In this document: positions 59,247 through 64,000 of the stretch, one piece after another
Numbering within the stretch: the first letter of the stretch is position 1
Layout: the number at the start of each line of letters is the position of its first letter
DNA from: an uncultured Candidatus Rokubacteria bacterium
GTDB taxonomy: Bacteria > Methylomirabilota > Methylomirabilia > Rokubacteriales > CSP1-6
Assembly: GCA_963754315.1 (NCBI GenBank)
Contig: CAVWFS010000008.1
Location: 416,001 to 480,000 of the forward strand
DNA length: 64,000 nucleotides
Reading direction: 5' to 3'
Position numbers and translations under genes: made by a program
The notes under the pieces: model-generated
Database searches by the model: none
The model's input: only the letters and a program-made list of their open reading frames with translations
Told to the model about the DNA's origin: nothing

Positions 59247-61331
59247 GTGGCGGCTGAGTGGAATCTGGCGGTTGACATCGGAGGAACGTTCACCGACGTC
59301 GTGCTCCTCGACACACACGGGACCGGCACCGTGGTGGAGAAGGTTCTGACCACCCCGAAGGAGCCGGCGGCTGGTGTCCTCGACGCCGTGCGGCGAGCCC
59401 TCGCCAGAGCGGGCGTGGCGGCGCGCCACGTACGCTACGTCATCCACGGCACGACCCTCGTCACCAATGCGCTCATCGAGCGCAAGGGCGCGACGACCGG
59501 ACTCATCACCACGGCCGGCCACGAGGACGCGCTCGAGATCGGGCGGGAGACGCGTTACGACGCCTACGACCTGGCGCTCGAGAAACCCGACCCACTCGTG
59601 CCGCCTCCGCTGCGCCTCGGCCTGAGCGCCCGCCTCATGGCGGATGGCCACGAGCGCACGCCGCTCTCGCTCGCCGAGGTGGACGATCTCCTCCCACGGC
59701 TTCGCGCCGAGGGAGTGCAGGCGGTGGCGGTGAGCTTGCTTCACGCCTACCGCAACCCGGCTCACGAACGGGCCGTGCACGCTCATCTGGCCGAGCGCGC
59801 TCCGGATCTTCGGGTCTCGCTCTCGTCGGTGGTCTCACCCGAAATCCGCGAGTACGAGCGCACGTCCACCACCGTGGCCAACGCCTACGTCCTCGGCGTC
59901 GTCGAAGCCTATCTGCGCTCTCTCACCGATCTCCTGCGGGCCGAGGGCTTCGCTGGCCAGCTCCTTCTCATGCTCTCGAGTGGCGGTACCTGCACGGTCG
60001 AGACGGCCTGCCACGTCCCGATTCGACTGGTGGAGTCCGGTCCCGCCGGCGGAGCCATGGCGGCCGCCCACCATGCCCGGGCCAGCGGCGCCCGACGAAT
60101 CATGGCCTTCGACATGGGTGGCACCACCGCCAAGATCTGCCTGATCGACGACGGCGAGCCGCAGATCACCCGTGAGTTCGAGGTCGCGCGCGTGTGGCGC
60201 TTCAAACGTGGTAGCGGGCTCCCGCTGCTGGTGCCGGTGGTCGAGCTCATCGAGATCGGCGCCGGCGGCGGCTCGATCGCCCACATTGACCGCATGGGAC
60301 TGCCCAAGGTAGGGCCCGAGAGCGCCGGCTCCGATCCGGGGCCAGCGTGCTACGGCCGCGGAGGAGAGCGACCCACGGTGACGGACGCCAATCTCGTTCT
60401 CGGCTATCTCGATCCGGACTACTTTCTCGGCGGCGCCATGTCGCTCGATCGACGGGCGGCCGAGGCAGCCATCCGACGACACGTGGCGGAGCCTCTTCGC
60501 CTCTCGCTCGAGGACGCTGCCTTCGGTATCCACGCGATCGTGACCGAGAACATGGCCAACGCCGCCCTCATGCACGCCGTAGAGCGCGGCAAGGAGATCG
60601 CCGCCTACGACCTGTACGCATTCGGCGGCGCGGCGCCCATGCACGTCTGCCCCCTTGCCGACCGCCTGGGCGCGGCCACGGTTGTCGTTCCCCCAGGCGC
60701 CGGCGTCCGCTCCTGCTTCGGCTTTCTTGCCTCACCCCTGGCTTTCGAAGTGACACGCTCGCGCGGTGTCCGCCTGGAGCAGATCGATTTCGACGAGATC
60801 GCCGCCATCCTCGATGCGCTCGAGATCGAGGCCCGCGCGCCGCTGGCCCTGGCTGGTGTCATGGATAGCGCGGTGACTGTGCGGCGCTTCGTCGAGATGC
60901 GCTACCGCGGTCAGGGATATGAGGTCGACGTTCCCGTGCCGTCTGGCCGCCCGGACCTCGCCTGGCTCGCCGCCCTCACGGCGGCCTTCGAGCGTGTCTA
61001 TCGCGCGTACTATCGTCACGTCCCGTCCGGGTTGCCCATGGAAGCGGTGACCTGGCGCGTGCGCGCGCAGTCGCCAGTCCCGTCGTTACCTCCGCCGCGA
61101 GCACCAGGCGGAGACGCGCCTTCTCCGAAGGGAGAGCGATCGGTCTGGCTCGGTGCCGAGAGCGGGTTCGAGCGAGCGGCCGTCTGGAACCGCTACGCGC
61201 TCGGCCCCGGCTGGCGGAGTCATGGCCCCACCGTGATCGAGGAGATCGAATCCACCACCATTGTCACCCCGGCCTTCGACGTTGCCGTCGACGCCGCCCT
61301 CAATCTCGTGCTTACCCGGAGGCAGGTATGA
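59247..61331 (+). CDS. Hydantoinase A / 5-oxoprolinase ATP-binding subunit
   Basis: DIGGTFTD, HGTT, EYERTSTT, ESGPAGG, DMGGTT, GPESAGSDPGP. Confidence 0.93.
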   Translation: MAAEWNLAVDIGGTFTDVVLLDTHGTGTVVEKVLTTPKEPAAGVLDAVRRALARAGVAARHVRYVIHGTTLVTNALIERKGATTGLITTAGHEDALEIGRETRYDAYDLALEKPDPLVPPPLRLGLSARLMADGHERTPLSLAEVDDLLPRLRAEGVQAVAVSLLHAYRNPAHERAVHAHLAERAPDLRVSLSSVVSPEIREYERTSTTVANAYVLGVVEAYLRSLTDLLRAEGFAGQLLLMLSSGGTCTVETACHVPIRLVESGPAGGAMAAAHHARASGARRIMAFDMGGTTAKICLIDDGEPQITREFEVARVWRFKRGSGLPLLVPVVELIEIGAGGGSIAHIDRMGLPKVGPESAGSDPGPACYGRGGERPTVTDANLVLGYLDPDYFLGGAMSLDRRAAEAAIRRHVAEPLRLSLEDAAFGIHAIVTENMANAALMHAVERGKEIAAYDLYAFGGAAPMHVCPLADRLGAATVVVPPGAGVRSCFGFLASPLAFEVTRSRGVRLEQIDFDEIAAILDALEIEARAPLALAGVMDSAVTVRRFVEMRYRGQGYEVDVPVPSGRPDLAWLAALTAAFERVYRAYYRHVPSGLPMEAVTWRVRAQSPVPSLPPPRAPGGDAPSPKGERSVWLGAESGFERAAVWNRYALGPGWRSHGPTVIEEIESTTIVTPAFDVAVDAALNLVLTRRQV

Positions 61332-62974
61332 AGGCGCGGGCATCCGATCCTGTCTTCGTCGAAGTAGCGTGGAATCGTCTCATCGCGGTCGTCGAGCAGG
61401 AGGCGCAGGCGTTGCTGCGCACGGCGTTTACCAATATCGTGCGCGAGTCTGGCGACCTCTCGGCAGGAGTGTTCGACCTCCAGGGCCGTATGGTGGCGCA
61501 GGCGATCACCGGTACTCCCGGCCACATCAACTCCATGGCCCTGGCCGTACACCACGTGCTGCGCGCCCTGCCCCCGTCGACGCTCGGACCGGGCGACGTG
61601 CTGGCCACCAACGACCCGTGGCTGGCCTCCGGCCACCTGAACGACATCACCGTGGTGACGCCCGTCTTCCACCGAGGGCGTCTGGTGGGTTACACCGCGA
61701 GCACCTGCCACGCCATGGACATCGGAGGCCGGGGCATCACGGTTGACGCGCTGGACTGTTACGAGGAAGGCTTTCTGCTTCCCCCCTGTCACCTCTACAT
61801 CGCCGGTCGTCCCCAGCAGGTCCTGGATCTGCTCGCCGCCAACGTGCGCGCGCCCGAGGCGGTGATGGGCGACTTGCACGCCCAGGTCAGCGGCAATGCC
61901 GTCGGTGCCCACCGTCTGATGGAGATGCTAGAGGAGTTCGATCTCGAGGACATCGAGGAGCTCGCCGCCGCGATCCTGGACCGGAGCGAAGCGGGTATGC
62001 GAACAGCCATCGCCGAGATCCCGGACGGCGAGTATCGCTCCGAGCTACGCCTGGACGGGTTCGAGGATCCCGTCGTCATCCGCACCCGCGTGATCGTGGA
62101 CGGCACGGTCCTCACCGTGGATTTCGCTGGTTCTTCAGCGGCGTCGAAGCGAGCGATCAACGTCGTGCTGAACTACACGAAGGCCTATACCACCTACGGG
62201 GTGAAGTGCGTCGTAGCCCCGCACGTGCCGAACAACGCCGGATCGTTCCGACCCGTCACCATCGTCGCTCCCGAGGGCTCGCTCCTCAATGCAATGCGGC
62301 CGGCCCCGGTAGCCAGCCGCCACCTGATCGGGCTCTTTCTTCCCGATGCCGTCATGGGGGCGCTCGCCCACGCCGTACCGGATCGGGTCATCGCCGAGTC
62401 GTCGTCGTGTCTCTGGACACTGGACGTGCGTGGCCGCGACCGCAATCGTCGCCCTTTCCGTGAGTTCATGGCCACCGGCGGGGGCATGGGCGCCCGGCCC
62501 GCCAAGGACGGCCTCAACGCCACCCAGTTTCCGTCCACGATACGCGGCGTCCCCGCCGAGGTGGTGGAGACGACCTCTCCCCTGGTGATTCATCGCCGCG
62601 CCTTGGCGCCCGATAGTGGCGGCCCTGGTCGCCATCGCGGTGGACTCGGGATGGTCGTCGAGTTCGGGATCGAGACCGACGAGGACTGGCTCTTCACCGC
62701 CTCGTTCGAGCGCGCCCGCATCCCCTGCCAGGGGCTGCTCGGTGGCTACCCCGCTGCCCCCGGTCGGGTGGAGACGGCCGATGGGCGCGCACTGGCGCCC
62801 AAGGCACAGCACTGGATGCGACCCGGCGAGCGGGTGGTCCTGCACACACCAGGCGGCGGCGGCTACGGAGAGCCGCGCGAGCGCGACCCTGCGCGGGTCG
62901 CGGCCGACGTCGTGGCGGGCCGCGTGTCGTCCACGGCTGCGGCAGAGGTCTACGGATTGGCTGGATCCTCATGA
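61328..62974 (+). CDS. Hydantoinase B / 5-oxoprolinase subunit
   Basis: RESGD.S, PGH, NDPW.ASGHLND, H.MDIGG, DSGGPGRHRGG, TPGGGGYG. Confidence 0.93.
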   Translation: MKARASDPVFVEVAWNRLIAVVEQEAQALLRTAFTNIVRESGDLSAGVFDLQGRMVAQAITGTPGHINSMALAVHHVLRALPPSTLGPGDVLATNDPWLASGHLNDITVVTPVFHRGRLVGYTASTCHAMDIGGRGITVDALDCYEEGFLLPPCHLYIAGRPQQVLDLLAANVRAPEAVMGDLHAQVSGNAVGAHRLMEMLEEFDLEDIEELAAAILDRSEAGMRTAIAEIPDGEYRSELRLDGFEDPVVIRTRVIVDGTVLTVDFAGSSAASKRAINVVLNYTKAYTTYGVKCVVAPHVPNNAGSFRPVTIVAPEGSLLNAMRPAPVASRHLIGLFLPDAVMGALAHAVPDRVIAESSSCLWTLDVRGRDRNRRPFREFMATGGGMGARPAKDGLNATQFPSTIRGVPAEVVETTSPLVIHRRALAPDSGGPGRHRGGLGMVVEFGIETDEDWLFTASFERARIPCQGLLGGYPAAPGRVETADGRALAPKAQHWMRPGERVVLHTPGGGGYGEPRERDPARVAADVVAGRVSSTAAAEVYGLAGSS

Positions 62975-64000
62975 TCGTCATCGTTGGCGGCGGCGTGGTA
63001 GGGGTGTGCTCGGCGTACTATCTTGCGCGGCGCGGGCTCAGTGTGACGCTCGTCGAGAAGGGCGACATCGCGGCGGGTAGCTCGTACGGCAACGCCGGCC
63101 TGATCGTGCCGAGCCACAGTGTCCCTTTGGCGGCGCCAGGCGTGCTACGGCAGGGCCTGCGCTGGATGCTCGACACCGAAAGCCCCTTCTACATCCGACC
63201 GCGTCCGAGCCGTGCGCTGGTCCGCTGGCTCCTGAGATTCCGCCGTGCATGCACGGCGGACCACGTCCGGCGAAGCATTCCGGTCATCCGCGACCTGAGC
63301 CGCGCGAGCCTCGATCTCTATCGGGAACTGGCGGATCTGCCCGGTCTCGAGTTCGGGTTCCGTCAGGACGGTGTACTCGCGGTCTTTCGCACGGCGGCTG
63401 GCCTCCAGCACGGCCGTCAGGAGGCAGCCGTCTTGGAAGGGGCAGGGATTGCGACAAAGGTGCTCGATGCCGAAAGCGCCCGGGCATTGGAACCGGCGCT
63501 CCGTGCGGATCTTGCGGGCGGTGTGCACTTTCCCGACGATGCTCACCTCACGCCCGATCGCTTCGTGCGAGGTCTCGCGCGCGTGGCGGAAGGGTTGGGT
63601 GTGCACGTGCTCACGCACACGGAAGTCCTGGGCTTCACGCGACGAGGGGGCCGCATCGCCACCGTCGAGACGACGCGGGGGGATCTCGCCGCTGACCAGG
63701 TCGTGCTGGCCGCGGGCTCATGGTCGGGCCATGTCGCGGCTGGCCTGGGGCTTGATCTGCCCATCGAGGCAGCGAAAGGCTACAGTGTCACGTGCGAGCT
63801 GCCCCCATCCGGTCCACGGATTCCCCTGCTCCTCGGAGAGTCCCGGGTGGCTGTCACCCCGATGGGCGAAACGCTCCGATTCGCGGGGACGCTCGAGCTG
63901 GCCGGTCTCGACCTCACCATCAATCGCCGGCGCGTGGCAGCCATCCGGCGCGCCGTTCCGCTCTACCTATCCGAGCAACCGTACGCCCTTCGCGAGATCT
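62971..64000 (+). CDS. D-amino acid dehydrogenase-like FAD oxidoreductase, running off the window end (not in the ORF track)
   Basis: ATG 62971 overlaps the upstream TGA; MIVIVGGGVVG…SSYGNAGLI, PLAAPG, AAGSWS, KGYS, RFAGTLE. Confidence 0.88.
   Translation, partial: MIVIVGGGVVGVCSAYYLARRGLSVTLVEKGDIAAGSSYGNAGLIVPSHSVPLAAPGVLRQGLRWMLDTESPFYIRPRPSRALVRWLLRFRRACTADHVRRSIPVIRDLSRASLDLYRELADLPGLEFGFRQDGVLAVFRTAAGLQHGRQEAAVLEGAGIATKVLDAESARALEPALRADLAGGVHFPDDAHLTPDRFVRGLARVAEGLGVHVLTHTEVLGFTRRGGRIATVETTRGDLAADQVVLAAGSWSGHVAAGLGLDLPIEAAKGYSVTCELPPSGPRIPLLLGESRVAVTPMGETLRFAGTLELAGLDLTINRRRVAAIRRAVPLYLSEQPYALREI

Noticed and set aside
1..64000. CRISPR arrays, tRNA/rRNA (including selC), transposases, integrases, prophage genes
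   Set aside because: None recognised by eye; small structured RNAs could be missed without a covariance-model search

Overview
GC-rich bacterial window packed with accessory catabolic and transport genes. These include TRAP and branched-chain ABC transporters, three luciferase-like (LLM) oxidoreductases, three SDRs, three amidohydrolases, two CoA-transferases, two core MetE-like proteins, a hydantoinase/oxoprolinase A/B pair and VOC proteins. The gene repertoire and intergenic repeats suggest an uncultured soil lineage such as Ca. Rokubacteria, but that is inference only. About ten otherwise intact genes carry single-base frameshifts, which points to unpolished long-read errors. Highlights: (1) a selenoprotein that the ORF track splits in two: an in-frame TGA in a D-U-G-S-C motif (50951-50953, minus strand) followed by a SECIS-like hairpin, ending a three-gene operon with an HD-domain (diiron-type) protein and an uncharacterised 'DGLPVVPPT' protein; (2) a decayed insertion region (about 44.8-48.1 kb) with a degenerate copy of the 3' end of the neighbouring FAH-family gene, an attC-like palindrome, toxin-antitoxin (TA) modules and a fused hsdM/rhuM relic; (3) a secreted beta-propeller/di-haem cytochrome c; (4) five TA loci, one with a clear palindromic operator. 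No rRNA, tRNA, CRISPR array, integrase or transposase was recognised. All family assignments come from reading motifs by eye, not from database searches.
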